DNA from: Escherichia phage MRostami-2023e
Sequence record: OQ031495
Length of the DNA stretch: 64,000 nucleotides
Reading direction: 5' to 3' (one strand)
Positions 40,406 through 50,405 of this stretch are shown here, piece after piece. How positions within the stretch are numbered: the stretch's first letter is position 1; each line of letters starts with the position of its first letter. Position numbers and translations under genes: made by a program. The notes under the pieces were generated by a model that saw nothing but the letters and a program-made list of their open reading frames with translations, searched no databases and had not been told where the DNA came from.

Positions 40406-40603
40406 ATGAAATTTTTAATAGCACAAACAGTCCAATTAAAAGGTGTTGGAATTCCTGGGGTGATTTTTAAAGTTCTCCCTGAATTTAAAACCGCCGCTGG
40501 AATTATCAATGAAGCGTATGCTGTTCAATGGGTTGATTGGACTTCTGACATACGTATGGGTAAAGAGTTATCTCCTATTAAAGGGTTGAAACATGTTGAA
40601 TAA
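40406..40603 (+). CDS. hypothetical protein
   Basis: 65-aa ORF. Confidence 0.45.
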   Translation: MKFLIAQTVQLKGVGIPGVIFKVLPEFKTAAGIINEAYAVQWVDWTSDIRMGKELSPIKGLKHVE

Positions 40604-40788
40604 ATTAATCCAGAAATTGTTTGGTACGGAAATGATCGAAGTTACTTATCGTGTAACAGACTNNNNNNNNNNNNNNNNNNNNNNNGAACCATTCGTTTAG
40701 TCAATTAAAATGCCTAAAAATGACGGAAATTTATCTATCGAAGACCGTATACCTGGATACGGCCATTGGGCTGATGTTGAAATTATAA

Positions 40789-41256
40789 GTGTTAAAGATG
40801 TCTGAATTAGAAATAAGAAGTAATTTCAAGTGGCCGTCATGTGCATTAAGTAACTTTGCTCAATGGCCTTTTGTTATGGATGGTATTCAATTCGGAGGTC
40901 TTGAAGGGTTTCTCCAAGGATGTAAGGTGAAAAATGTTGAACAACAAAGACGTATATTTGGGTTGTCTGGATTGGCTGCACAGCAAGCTGGAAGGTCTTA
41001 TGCAAGAGCTCAGGACCGTGGGACCCTCTTCTGGTTAGGAGTTCCATTTTCAAGATACTCTGAAGCGTGGAAAGAATTATACACAAATGCATATTTTGAA
41101 GCCGCGATCCAAAATAAGGGATTTCGTGATGCCTTACAAGCCTCTAAAGGAAAAATTTTGAAGCACAGCATGGCTAGCCACCTAACAAAAGATGATACAA
41201 TACTAACTGAAGCTGAATTTATTGATGTGTTAAACCTATTAAGAGACTCTTTATGA
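40789..41256 (+). CDS. NADAR / YbiA-like (DUF1768) domain protein, putative ADP-ribose-processing enzyme
   Basis: 155 aa; LSNFAQWPF..DG..F...EGFLQGCK resembles the conserved N-terminal core of E. coli YbiA / NADAR family (recalled, not searched). Confidence 0.45.
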   Translation: MLKMSELEIRSNFKWPSCALSNFAQWPFVMDGIQFGGLEGFLQGCKVKNVEQQRRIFGLSGLAAQQAGRSYARAQDRGTLFWLGVPFSRYSEAWKELYTNAYFEAAIQNKGFRDALQASKGKILKHSMASHLTKDDTILTEAEFIDVLNLLRDSL

Positions 41257-42068
41257 AGCCTACTATTTTGACTGATATTGATGGTGTATGTTTAAGTTGG
41301 CAATCTGGACTTCCTTATTTTGCCCAAAAATATAATCTTCCATTAGAACATATTTTAAAAATGATTCAGGACGAAAAATTTATTTCTCCTGGTAAACTGT
41401 TCAATACAGACGATAACCTTGGTAAACAATTAATAGAAAAATATAATAGCTCTGATTTTATTCGTTACTTAGCGCCTTATTCAGATGCTCTTCGAGTTAT
41501 CAATAAACTAAAAGAAGACTATAATTTTGTAGCCGTGACGGCGCTAGGTGATTCAATTGATGCTCGATTGAATAGACAATTTAATTTGAATGCTTTGTTC
41601 CCAGGCGCTTTCTCTGAAGTAATGATGTGTGGTCATGATTCTTCAAAGGAACAATTATTTGAACTAGCTAAAACAAAATATAACGTGATTTGTTACGTTG
41701 ACGATTTAGCTCATCACTGTGACCATGCAGCAGAAATTCTTAATGTACCGATTTATTGGTTGGCTCGTGGTGAACGTGATGCCATTCCTCGTACTGCACA
41801 ACGTGTACACACGTGGGATGATATTGAATCTCGATTGGTTCCGCCAGAGCATAATTCAGATTCAGATCGTGAAGACCTTTTAAAACGATTGGCAGATTTG
41901 CTTAAAGAATCTGGTGCAACAAGTCCAGGTGCATGGCCTAATCAAATTGGCACTCCGTCGAATCCGTATACTTGGCGAACTCCAGGACCAACCGATATGC
42001 AGCCATGGTGGACGATTCAAAACTTTCCTTTAGATTCGTCTAAATGGACTTGGTCTATAAATTGTTAA
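41253..42068 (+). CDS. HAD-superfamily hydrolase, possibly 5'(3')-deoxyribonucleotidase-like
   Basis: 271 aa; N-terminal HAD motif I ILTDIDGV; ATGA overlap with the upstream NADAR-like gene. Confidence 0.5.
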   Translation: MKPTILTDIDGVCLSWQSGLPYFAQKYNLPLEHILKMIQDEKFISPGKLFNTDDNLGKQLIEKYNSSDFIRYLAPYSDALRVINKLKEDYNFVAVTALGDSIDARLNRQFNLNALFPGAFSEVMMCGHDSSKEQLFELAKTKYNVICYVDDLAHHCDHAAEILNVPIYWLARGERDAIPRTAQRVHTWDDIESRLVPPEHNSDSDREDLLKRLADLLKESGATSPGAWPNQIGTPSNPYTWRTPGPTDMQPWWTIQNFPLDSSKWTWSINC

Positions 42069-42077
42069 GGGCTAATT

Positions 42078-42347
42078 ATGTTTGTAGTTCATGATATTAC
42101 AGATGGCAAAAACACAACGCGTGACTACGGTCATGTTAACATGTTCTTTCGAGACTGGCCGGTGTTTCGTTCAGTAAAAGACGCAGAAATATTTAAAGAG
42201 TGTGTTGAACAAGGGTTCATCTACATTTCAGAATATTATGTTGAAGGACTCGGTAAATGGATTACCACTTATCAGAAAACGCTGAAATCGCTTCTAGATG
42301 AAGTGGCTTATAATAGAACCGTAACCAAAATCGAGGACATCAAATGA
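42078..42347 (+). CDS. hypothetical protein
   Basis: 89-aa ORF overlapping the ligase start. Confidence 0.5.
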   Translation: MFVVHDITDGKNTTRDYGHVNMFFRDWPVFRSVKDAEIFKECVEQGFIYISEYYVEGLGKWITTYQKTLKSLLDEVAYNRTVTKIEDIK

Positions 42348-43837
42348 TTTTAGATATTTTAAACCAAATAGCTGCGATCGGTTCTACTAAAACAAAACAG
42401 GAAATCCTTAAGAAAAATAAGGACAACAAATTACTTGAACGTGTATATCGTTTAACGTATGCACGTGGCATTCAGTATTATATTAAGAAATGGCCGGGGC
42501 CAGGTGAAAGGTCTCAAGCGTATGGCCTTCTTGAATTAGATGACATGTTGGATTTTATTGAGTTCACATTGGCCACTCGTAAACTCACTGGTAATGCAGC
42601 AATTAAAGAGCTCATGGGTTATATCGCCGACGGTAAACCTGATGATGTTGAAGTACTACGCCGTGTAATGATGCGAGACCTTGAAGTAGGTGCTTCAGTG
42701 TCTATCGCGAATAAGGTATGGCCTGGACTTATTCAATTGCAACCACAGATGTTAGCATCTGCATATGATGAGAAATTGATTACTAAAAATATTAAATGGC
42801 CTGCATTTGCCCAATTAAAGGCAGATGGTGCTCGTTGTTTCGCTGAAGTTCGCGATGATGGCGTTCAATTCTTTTCTCGTGCCGGTAACGAATACCATGG
42901 TCTTACTCTATTAGCAGATGAACTAATGGAAATGACTAAAGAAGCTCGCGAAAGACACCCTAATGGGGTTTTAATCGACGGTGAATTAGTTTATCATTCA
43001 TTTGATATTAAAAAGGCTGTGAGCTCAGGAAATGACCTGTCGTTCTTATTTGGTGATAATGAAGAATCCGAAGAAGTACAAGTTGCAGACCGTAGCACTT
43101 CAAATGGTTTAGCAAATAAATCTCTTCAAGGGACTATTTCTCCTAAAGAAGCGGAAGGTATGGTTCTTCAAGCCTGGGACTATGTTCCTTTAGATGAAGT
43201 CTATTCTGATGGCAAAATTAAAGGTCAGAAATACGATGTTCGTTTTACTGCTCTTGAAAATATGGCTGAAGGCTTTAAGCGAATTGAACCAATTGAAAAT
43301 CAGTTAGTTCGTAATCTTGACGAAGCTAAAGTGGTTTATAAAAAATATGTTGACCAAGGTCTTGAAGGTATTATCCTTAAAAACCGTGATTCATATTGGG
43401 AAAACAAACGCTCTAAGAATCTAATTAAATTTAAAGAAGTTATTGATATCGCTTTAGAAGTTGTAGGATACTATGAACACTCTAAAGATCCTAACAAATT
43501 AGGTGGTGTCGAACTCGTATCACGTTGTCGTCGTATTACAACCGATTGTGGTTCAGGTTTTAAAGATACAACTCATAAAACAGTTGACGGTGTAAAGGTT
43601 CTTATTCCTTTAGACGAGCGTCATGATTTAGACCGTGAACGATTAATGGCCGAAGCTCGTGAAGGTAAATTAATTGGACGTATCGCTGATTGTGAATGTA
43701 ATGGTTGGGTTCATTCTAAAGGCCGTGAAGGTACTGTAGGTATTTTCCTTCCAATTATTAAAGGGTTCCGTTTTGATAAAACAGAAGCGGATTCGTTTGA
43801 AGACGTATTTGGACCGTGGTCCCAGACAGGTTTATAA
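42344..43837 (+). CDS. 30: ATP-dependent DNA ligase gp30
   Basis: 497 aa; ..FAQLKADGARCFAEV.. (KxDG adenylation motif); matches T4 DNA ligase. Confidence 0.95.
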   Translation: MILDILNQIAAIGSTKTKQEILKKNKDNKLLERVYRLTYARGIQYYIKKWPGPGERSQAYGLLELDDMLDFIEFTLATRKLTGNAAIKELMGYIADGKPDDVEVLRRVMMRDLEVGASVSIANKVWPGLIQLQPQMLASAYDEKLITKNIKWPAFAQLKADGARCFAEVRDDGVQFFSRAGNEYHGLTLLADELMEMTKEARERHPNGVLIDGELVYHSFDIKKAVSSGNDLSFLFGDNEESEEVQVADRSTSNGLANKSLQGTISPKEAEGMVLQAWDYVPLDEVYSDGKIKGQKYDVRFTALENMAEGFKRIEPIENQLVRNLDEAKVVYKKYVDQGLEGIILKNRDSYWENKRSKNLIKFKEVIDIALEVVGYYEHSKDPNKLGGVELVSRCRRITTDCGSGFKDTTHKTVDGVKVLIPLDERHDLDRERLMAEAREGKLIGRIADCECNGWVHSKGREGTVGIFLPIIKGFRFDKTEADSFEDVFGPWSQTGL

Positions 43838-44025
43838 TGAAAGCTTATTTAGAAACAGTTATTGTAGCTAAGAAGGATGGTGGAGATGTTTCCACCTCTT
43901 GCTCTCAGATTATATTAGATTTTCCTAATAACGATTCCTATAATATTTTTATGGACAATTTCGATAAGTACGAAAAAGGCTCTAATTTTGAAGTTTATCG
44001 TACTTTGCTTCCGATTGTGGATTAA
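43837..44025 (+). CDS. hypothetical protein
   Basis: TAATG overlap with the ligase stop; MKAYLETVIVAKKDGG.. Confidence 0.45.
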   Translation: MKAYLETVIVAKKDGGDVSTSCSQIILDFPNNDSYNIFMDNFDKYEKGSNFEVYRTLLPIVD

Positions 44026-44036
44026 GAGCCTTCGGG
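44015..44036 (+). terminator. GAGCC-UUCG-GGCUC hairpin plus T tract
   Basis: gagccttcgggctctttttgg. Confidence 0.65.
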
Positions 44037-44080
44037 CTCTTTTTGGCATAAATATAAATTATTACTAAAAGGAAAACACT

Positions 44081-46168
44081 ATGTCTGAACAATTAAATGA
44101 AGTGTTTGAATCTGAAGGCAGTCTTCCTGTCGTCAATTTGAACCCTAAAGCTAAAGTTCCACAAGTCTGGAAAATTGGTGATATCGATACAAATATTGTA
44201 GTTCGTTTATTCTCTTACCTTTCCGAAGGCGACGCTGTAAAACAAGTTAAACTTGGCGACAAATACGCTCATGTTGTTATTATGAGTCTGTCTGAAAAGG
44301 GTAATCTCGCTGAATTGAAAAATGGCCTTGGTCCTGCTCCTATTGATGCAATCAACACCATTTTCAATACAGTATATGAACAAGTTAAAGCTCTTCGTAT
44401 GGATGCCGTTCTGTTTCGATTCCCTACCAAGAAATTGAAAGGACGTGGACAACAGCTTCAAACTCTTCTTGCTCGTTTAGTTTCTACTAAAACCGGTGGT
44501 CGTTTTAAAGTATTGTCGGCAATGTATCAATTCACAGGTAAACACACCTATGTGATGATGGTTCGTAAAAATGCCAACATTGAAGATATTAAAGGCATCC
44601 CTAACATTAACACAGAGTTGTATACGAAAGTAGATTCTGATGTTGGCGAAGTTTATGTGAGTAAAAAGACCGGCGAAACGGTCACCAAAGAAACGGCTAT
44701 CGCTGGTTCTATTGCTGCTGTAGAAGAAAAACGTAAAGATAAGCCTGTTATTGCTCGTACTAAAATTTCTCGTCGTGCTATTGCGGCAAGTCAATCTTTA
44801 GAAGCTGACCGCCAAGAAGGTGAGTTATTCCAGAAATACGAAAATTCTGCTAAAGAAGTTAGCGGCCCAGCTACAGCCGAATTACTTCCTGAAGCATATG
44901 AAATCGTACTAGCCCAAGCATCGTCCACAGCAAAAGGCACTTTAGTTGCTGATATCGAAAATAAGATTTATAATCGTATTGATGAATCCTTTAGATTTGC
45001 TGATGAAGTTTCTTATGGTAGTGTTATTAAGCCAACTTTAGAAAAGTTTGCTAAGAAAATTAAAACTGAAAAAACAACATCTGTTAAAGCATTAGCTGCT
45101 TTTGTTGAAGCTGCAAACGAAATTGCAGACTCTATTAAAGACGAATGGTTTGAAGATTTTAGACGTGATAATTTCCAACTGGCCGACGATGTTTTAGCTG
45201 AAGTATCTGAAAAAACTTGGAAACAACGTAAATCAGCGTTCTTGTCTAATGTGATGTATACTTATGCACGAGAATCGGCTAGAGGCACCTTTAATATAAC
45301 AATGAATCGGGACCCTAAACAATACTCTGTTGCTGAAAAACGAGCTATTCGTGAATATGCCTCTTCTGCGTATACCGATATCAATAATATGTTGTTAGGT
45401 CGTTATAAACCAGATTTTTACGATGTTGCGGATGAAGATGAAGTTAAACGCGCTATTGATGGTCTTGATTCAGCGTTTTTAAATGGAGACCGTTTACCTG
45501 AAGGACTAACGTTATATAGAGCTCAGTCTATCAGAATGCCTATTTACGAAGCAATGGTTAAAAATAAGGTATTCTACTTCAGAAACTATGTTTCCACTTC
45601 ACTAGCTCCTATTATTTTCGGTGGGTTTAAAGAGAACGTTGCCCTTGGACTTGCTCCTGAAGAAGTTCGCAAAGAGCTTAACATTGACAATAATGATGAA
45701 GGTGTTACTATTTCTCCTAGTCAAGTAAGAACAGCTATGCATGCGCCAGAACAAATCCGTGTTAACGTTGGATGGGCTATTGATGGCGCCCATAAAGTTA
45801 ACGTGATTTATCCGGGACAGTTGAGTAATCACCCTAATGAGCAAGAAATTATTTTGCCTAGAGGCATTCTCTTACAGATAAATAAAATTACAGATGCGTC
45901 ATCTGACACTGGTGCGGGTTTAGAATCCAACCTTAAATTTATTCAAGCTGAAGTCATGTCCTCGGACCAGTTGGACGAAGCTGTCATTTATGATGGTGAT
46001 GTTCTCATGGAAACAGGCGAGGTGGTTGCTATGACGGGTGAAATCGAATCAGATGAGCCGGTATCGTTCTCTTCATTTGTAGAAAAAACTAGTGCACCTA
46101 AAGGATTGAAATTGTTAGCATCTTTAATGGATTTAGAATCAGTTCCGTTTAAATTTGTCCAAGGATAG
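44081..46168 (+). CDS. alt: Alt-like ADP-ribosyltransferase (virion-packaged, modifies host RNA polymerase)
   Basis: 695 aa; position next to gene 30 as in T4; C-terminal ART signature R..STS..EQE (LYRAQ, NYVSTSLAP, NEQEIILPRG). Confidence 0.8.
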   Translation: MSEQLNEVFESEGSLPVVNLNPKAKVPQVWKIGDIDTNIVVRLFSYLSEGDAVKQVKLGDKYAHVVIMSLSEKGNLAELKNGLGPAPIDAINTIFNTVYEQVKALRMDAVLFRFPTKKLKGRGQQLQTLLARLVSTKTGGRFKVLSAMYQFTGKHTYVMMVRKNANIEDIKGIPNINTELYTKVDSDVGEVYVSKKTGETVTKETAIAGSIAAVEEKRKDKPVIARTKISRRAIAASQSLEADRQEGELFQKYENSAKEVSGPATAELLPEAYEIVLAQASSTAKGTLVADIENKIYNRIDESFRFADEVSYGSVIKPTLEKFAKKIKTEKTTSVKALAAFVEAANEIADSIKDEWFEDFRRDNFQLADDVLAEVSEKTWKQRKSAFLSNVMYTYARESARGTFNITMNRDPKQYSVAEKRAIREYASSAYTDINNMLLGRYKPDFYDVADEDEVKRAIDGLDSAFLNGDRLPEGLTLYRAQSIRMPIYEAMVKNKVFYFRNYVSTSLAPIIFGGFKENVALGLAPEEVRKELNIDNNDEGVTISPSQVRTAMHAPEQIRVNVGWAIDGAHKVNVIYPGQLSNHPNEQEIILPRGILLQINKITDASSDTGAGLESNLKFIQAEVMSSDQLDEAVIYDGDVLMETGEVVAMTGEIESDEPVSFSSFVEKTSAPKGLKLLASLMDLESVPFKFVQG

Positions 46169-46200
46169 TTTACAAACACATGGATGTGTGATACTATCAT
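46168..46200 (+). promoter_or_regulatory. early promoter with palindrome ACACATG/CATGTGT-like in the spacer
   Basis: gtttac 46168-46173; acacatggatgtgtgatactat. Confidence 0.5.
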
Positions 46201-46226
46201 CCCATCAACAACATGAGGAAAACGTT

Positions 46227-46520
46227 ATGAAATCTATGCTTCGCTTTAATGGTCAAGAACTAGTAGTTGAAGATACTATCCCAGCGGATGATGCTTTTAA
46301 CGAAGCTGTGATTGACGAATTGAATCGAGTATTCCCAGGTGCATTCCATATTGCTATGGAACCTCTTAAAAACTTTCGTGACCCTGAGCACACTGATCAA
46401 ATTTTTATCGGTGTAGTGACAGGTCATTTAGAAACAGAGGTACCAATGGTCGTATTAGTTAAATACTCTAAAGATGATACTCCATTCCGAGCACCAGCAT
46501 TCCTTTCATTCCGTAAATAA
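46227..46520 (+). CDS. hypothetical protein
   Basis: ATG 46227 after promoter; 97 aa. Confidence 0.5.
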   Translation: MKSMLRFNGQELVVEDTIPADDAFNEAVIDELNRVFPGAFHIAMEPLKNFRDPEHTDQIFIGVVTGHLETEVPMVVLVKYSKDDTPFRAPAFLSFRK

Positions 46521-46529
46521 ACCCCTAAA

Positions 46530-46551
46530 GGGAGACGTTGTCTCCCTTTTT
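46530..46551 (+). terminator. GGGAGAC hairpin plus T tract between convergent genes
   Basis: gggagacgttgtctccctttttc; lies between the + ORF and gp54 (-). Confidence 0.65.
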
Positions 46552-46552
46552 C

Positions 46553-47515
46553 TTATAGTCCTAAAACTTTTGACGCAGAATTCACCACACCTGTCAATGT
46601 GTTTATATTAGACACACCACCAGCAGTCCCACCTAATCTAGAAAGTCTTGATACTGCACTTCCTAGCCCAGAATCATTCTGATTATTTCCAAACATTCCT
46701 GAAACACTACTAATAAGTCCTGATTCCAGCCATTCTAAAGCAGCCTGTCTATTTACAGCACCTGATTGCATAACGCGATAAGCAAATGTTACATCAAAAA
46801 CTGTTATCTGATTATCACCATCATACGTTAACTCAGGAGAAGAGACGCTAACAGGAATACATCCAGTGAACATGACAGCGGTATGTGGTAAACCATTTCG
46901 TGCGTGTAAATTAACCTGAATATCTGCTTCGACGTCTTGTGGTAAAGCACGAAGACCTGTTACAGGGTCTTGGACTGAGTTTACCCAGTCTTGCATTGCT
47001 CTAAAGTTAGATGCTTCGGAATCCATTCTAAAGCTTATTACTAACGGGTCCATTTCACGACCGGTAATTCGGATGTTCGGGGAGTTATAGTTGAAATCCG
47101 TTTCATAAGATAATCGGTTCTCAGGCATTTTTACAGAATAAATCATTAAACCTGTATTATTATATGCCATATTGAAGAAGTCTATCAGATAAGTTCCTAC
47201 TGTGAACTCACCTAACAAGCTTTGTACCGTACGTTGACTCATTGCTCCAATCAGATATTTACTTGCACCCGATTTTCGAATTAATTTCTGTGTTCCTGCT
47301 GTAATCAGGGTTGTTACGCCCTGATTGATATCACCTTGAGACAATCCTAGCCAATCTGAATCCAACCCTAAGTTATTATAAGCAAAACTACCAATTGACG
47401 AAATTAGTGAAGATGATTTAGTCGATGGGGTAGTAGCAAATACACAACTAAACATATTGTTTCGTTGGAAATCCGCATTTATAGCGTGGTTATTAAATTC
47501 TTCTAAAGAGTACAT
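46553..47515 (-). CDS. 54: gp54 baseplate tail-tube initiator
   Basis: 320 aa; matches T4 gp54 in length and order 48-54. Confidence 0.93.
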   Translation of the reverse strand: MYSLEEFNNHAINADFQRNNMFSCVFATTPSTKSSSLISSIGSFAYNNLGLDSDWLGLSQGDINQGVTTLITAGTQKLIRKSGASKYLIGAMSQRTVQSLLGEFTVGTYLIDFFNMAYNNTGLMIYSVKMPENRLSYETDFNYNSPNIRITGREMDPLVISFRMDSEASNFRAMQDWVNSVQDPVTGLRALPQDVEADIQVNLHARNGLPHTAVMFTGCIPVSVSSPELTYDGDNQITVFDVTFAYRVMQSGAVNRQAALEWLESGLISSVSGMFGNNQNDSGLGSAVSRLSRLGGTAGGVSNINTLTGVVNSASKVLGL

Positions 47516-48624
47516 TAGAAAGTCCCCGCATAAAGTGAAGAACGGTTTAATGTAATAATTTCTCGCATTGTTATCTCTAACGTAAATGTTGATGGTAAGT
47601 TAGGAGCAACAGCGAGACCATTAAATTGTCCATTTGGAGTTTTATCAAAACGTACGCTTTGAATTTGACATGGGCCAAATACGTCAGTTAATCCATCAAA
47701 TTTAGATGTATAACCAAAGTTTTTAACCATCCAAATTGTAGGGTTGCTTACAACTAATACGTTTGTTAATGACGCAGTAATCTTTTCAAACAATGTCTTA
47801 TTTTTTACTGCATCATCTGGCGTCATAGGCTCAATAAACGTTGAACGGTACCATTCGTCTAAATAACTTTTAATCTCTTGGGCATACTGTGATTTACCAG
47901 TCTCACCATAAGAGAAATAGTTAAAATACTGGTAAATGTTTATAATAGCCATAAGGTCTTCAGTCGAACGTGGAGTTAAATCCCATGTAAAGACTTTAGT
48001 ACGGTTCTCAGCACCGCCATACATACTACGAGAAGTCGTATAAATCTGTTCGTTGTTATCAGCCATAAGCCCTTGAGTAATAGAATCTAATGCACCAAAG
48101 ACTGCAGTAGAAGCAATGTTACTTAAAACACCTGTAGCAGTACCTCCACCTTTAGTAATAAGACTATCACCGATATCATTAAAACGATGTGAAGTTGTAT
48201 CAACGTCAGATTTGGAACGTGGCAAAAGGATATTAGCAACAGGAGTTTTATTTATAGTAGACTTATTAGCTCCGGCAGGAAGCAATCCATTTGAGAATTT
48301 AGTCACCGCATCTTTCACATTATCAGTTAAATCCGATATGATACCATTAGATGAAGTCCCGGCGTATGCCGGACGTAAATTCCTGAGGGATCCTGAATCG
48401 CGTGCAGACATATTGTACGCGGTAAATAATAATCCGTTCTTATAAAGGTCTGTTACCTGGAAGTCTCCTGTGGAGTCATTTCCGGCTGCTCTTCCTGTAG
48501 GAAATTGAGCAACATAAGTTTTAGTAGTTGTTTCGGTTTTAGTGCTTTGCCCAGCACTTTCTGAGACTGGGATTGCTTTATTTAAATCCTTTGCATCTAC
48601 TACTATTTCTTTTACACTAATCAT
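47515..48624 (-). CDS. 48: gp48 baseplate tail-tube cap
   Basis: 369 aa; matches T4 gp48; order 29-48-54. Confidence 0.93.
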   Translation of the reverse strand: MISVKEIVVDAKDLNKAIPVSESAGQSTKTETTTKTYVAQFPTGRAAGNDSTGDFQVTDLYKNGLLFTAYNMSARDSGSLRNLRPAYAGTSSNGIISDLTDNVKDAVTKFSNGLLPAGANKSTINKTPVANILLPRSKSDVDTTSHRFNDIGDSLITKGGGTATGVLSNIASTAVFGALDSITQGLMADNNEQIYTTSRSMYGGAENRTKVFTWDLTPRSTEDLMAIINIYQYFNYFSYGETGKSQYAQEIKSYLDEWYRSTFIEPMTPDDAVKNKTLFEKITASLTNVLVVSNPTIWMVKNFGYTSKFDGLTDVFGPCQIQSVRFDKTPNGQFNGLAVAPNLPSTFTLEITMREIITLNRSSLYAGTF

Positions 48625-48632
48625 AATAATCC

Positions 48633-50405
48633 TTAATTAACACCGGTGGCATGGAAAATTCCAGGAGCCGTTGTACTTGTTACAGGGGTCATATTCTGGA
48701 CTACGGTATTCTTTTTGACGACATTATTTGTGTTACTAATCGCCGCTACCGGTTGTTGTTGTTTAGATTCAGAAGCCCGTCCTTTCTCTATTGACTGAAC
48801 TTGTTTTGCTTCCGGAGATTTAGTCGAAGATTCAGGCTTAACTGTTGTCTGAGCCTTTTTGGCTTCAGCCATTTTATTATTTAGCTTTTCAAATCTAGCA
48901 TCTATTTCCTTTTTAACAACAGGAGTTTTATTAAGTTCAGGGTCTTTAATAAGTTTACTTAAATCAGCATAAGACTTCTCGACGTTTTTAGCATTTTCTG
49001 GATTAGTCATATCGATTTTATCGATATAATCCTCAAATCTAACCAGTGCCGCACGAGTTTCATTAGCTTTTATATACGCCTCTTTACGCTCCTCTTCAGG
49101 TAACTCTTTTAATTTTGCTGATTCCGCAGCACGCTCATCGCTTGTACTAAACTCTTCTTTATTGTCATTACCACGAACCCAGTTAGTAACGAATGTTTTG
49201 CCGCGTTGTAACATATCAAGACCTTTAGAAACGGTTCCTAATTCCCCATCGTCACGCTTCATTTGATATTTAGCGACTTTCTCTTGGTCTTCTTTCTTTA
49301 ATTTATTCCCAGTAGTTTCTTGGAATCCTTCCAAAGCACGTCCTTCTATTTCGTCCGCGGTATCGCCAAAACCTATAGCACGCAATATAGACGCAGAGAG
49401 TTTAGCCATTCCTAATTGAATTAGTTCACCTAAGTTCATTAATGCTGTTCCTACACCTTTGACGATAGCAACGGTTAAACCACCCCAGTCTCCAGCTTCC
49501 CACATTTGTTTTATCGAGTCAATAGAAGTGAATATATCACTTAAGAATTTACCCCACTCTTTAGCTTCATCAGAGAATTTAGTAAAGTTTTCATCAAATA
49601 AATCCCAAGCAGAAGTGAACTTGTCTGTCCAATATTTGAAATGGACTATCAATAAATCAATACCGATAACAATACCAAGAATAAGTGCGGCCATTTTTGC
49701 TGCTTCAATAGCAGCCGTTATAGTGTATTTGAAAAGCATTCCAGCAATTCTGTCTGAAATTGATATTGATTTATTAAACCCGGTTTGAACTGTTTTGGTG
49801 AGCATTGCAATTTTATCACTCAATTTAAAGCTAATTCCGCCTTTAGAATCGGAAGTAGAATTAGCACTTTCTTGAACCGGGGCCGGGAAGAAATCTTCGT
49901 CTGGCTTATTATCAATCTTTTCAGGTGTAGGTAATGCTTTAAACAACTCATCAGAAGTTTCATTCTCAACCACTTTAACAGGTATTGCGTTCTCAATTAC
50001 TTCAAGAGAGGTGCCTCCTGTATTTTGAATAGCGGTAGATGTTTGTAATTTTTGCTCTAATAATGTAGCTAATCGGTCTAACTTAGAGCTTATTGCACTA
50101 GAAACTTCGTTTATACTTTTAGTGACTTCAGTTTGTTTTTCAATAACTTCTGCGATAAGCTCTGTGCCTTCAGCAGTATTATCTGTCGAATTCTTTAAGT
50201 CTCCAATTGATTCAATAATTCCATTGCCTTTATCTTCTACACTTTGTGATGTGAGTTCAGACGCGGCTTGGACATCGTCTAGTTTTGATGAAATGTCATT
50301 CAATGCTTCTAATGAATCGGTAGCTGCTGTTGCAGCTACTTTTTGTGGTTTATTATCGGCAATGACCTTATTTCTACGCATGGATTTCATTTCTTCAGGT
50401 TTCAT
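48633..50405 (-). CDS. 29: gp29 baseplate hub / tail length determinant
   Basis: 590 aa, same as T4 gp29. Confidence 0.93.
   Translation of the reverse strand: MKPEEMKSMRRNKVIADNKPQKVAATAATDSLEALNDISSKLDDVQAASELTSQSVEDKGNGIIESIGDLKNSTDNTAEGTELIAEVIEKQTEVTKSINEVSSAISSKLDRLATLLEQKLQTSTAIQNTGGTSLEVIENAIPVKVVENETSDELFKALPTPEKIDNKPDEDFFPAPVQESANSTSDSKGGISFKLSDKIAMLTKTVQTGFNKSISISDRIAGMLFKYTITAAIEAAKMAALILGIVIGIDLLIVHFKYWTDKFTSAWDLFDENFTKFSDEAKEWGKFLSDIFTSIDSIKQMWEAGDWGGLTVAIVKGVGTALMNLGELIQLGMAKLSASILRAIGFGDTADEIEGRALEGFQETTGNKLKKEDQEKVAKYQMKRDDGELGTVSKGLDMLQRGKTFVTNWVRGNDNKEEFSTSDERAAESAKLKELPEEERKEAYIKANETRAALVRFEDYIDKIDMTNPENAKNVEKSYADLSKLIKDPELNKTPVVKKEIDARFEKLNNKMAEAKKAQTTVKPESSTKSPEAKQVQSIEKGRASESKQQQPVAAISNTNNVVKKNTVVQNMTPVTSTTAPGIFHATGVN

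Noticed and set aside
40604-40788. Two very short ORFs (about 30 aa) in the gap containing a 23-nt N block
   Set aside because: Too short, interrupted by masked sequence, and no clear RBS.
44049-44060. Late promoter for alt (TATAAATT)
   Set aside because: One mismatch to the TATAAATA consensus; cannot be supported without transcript data.
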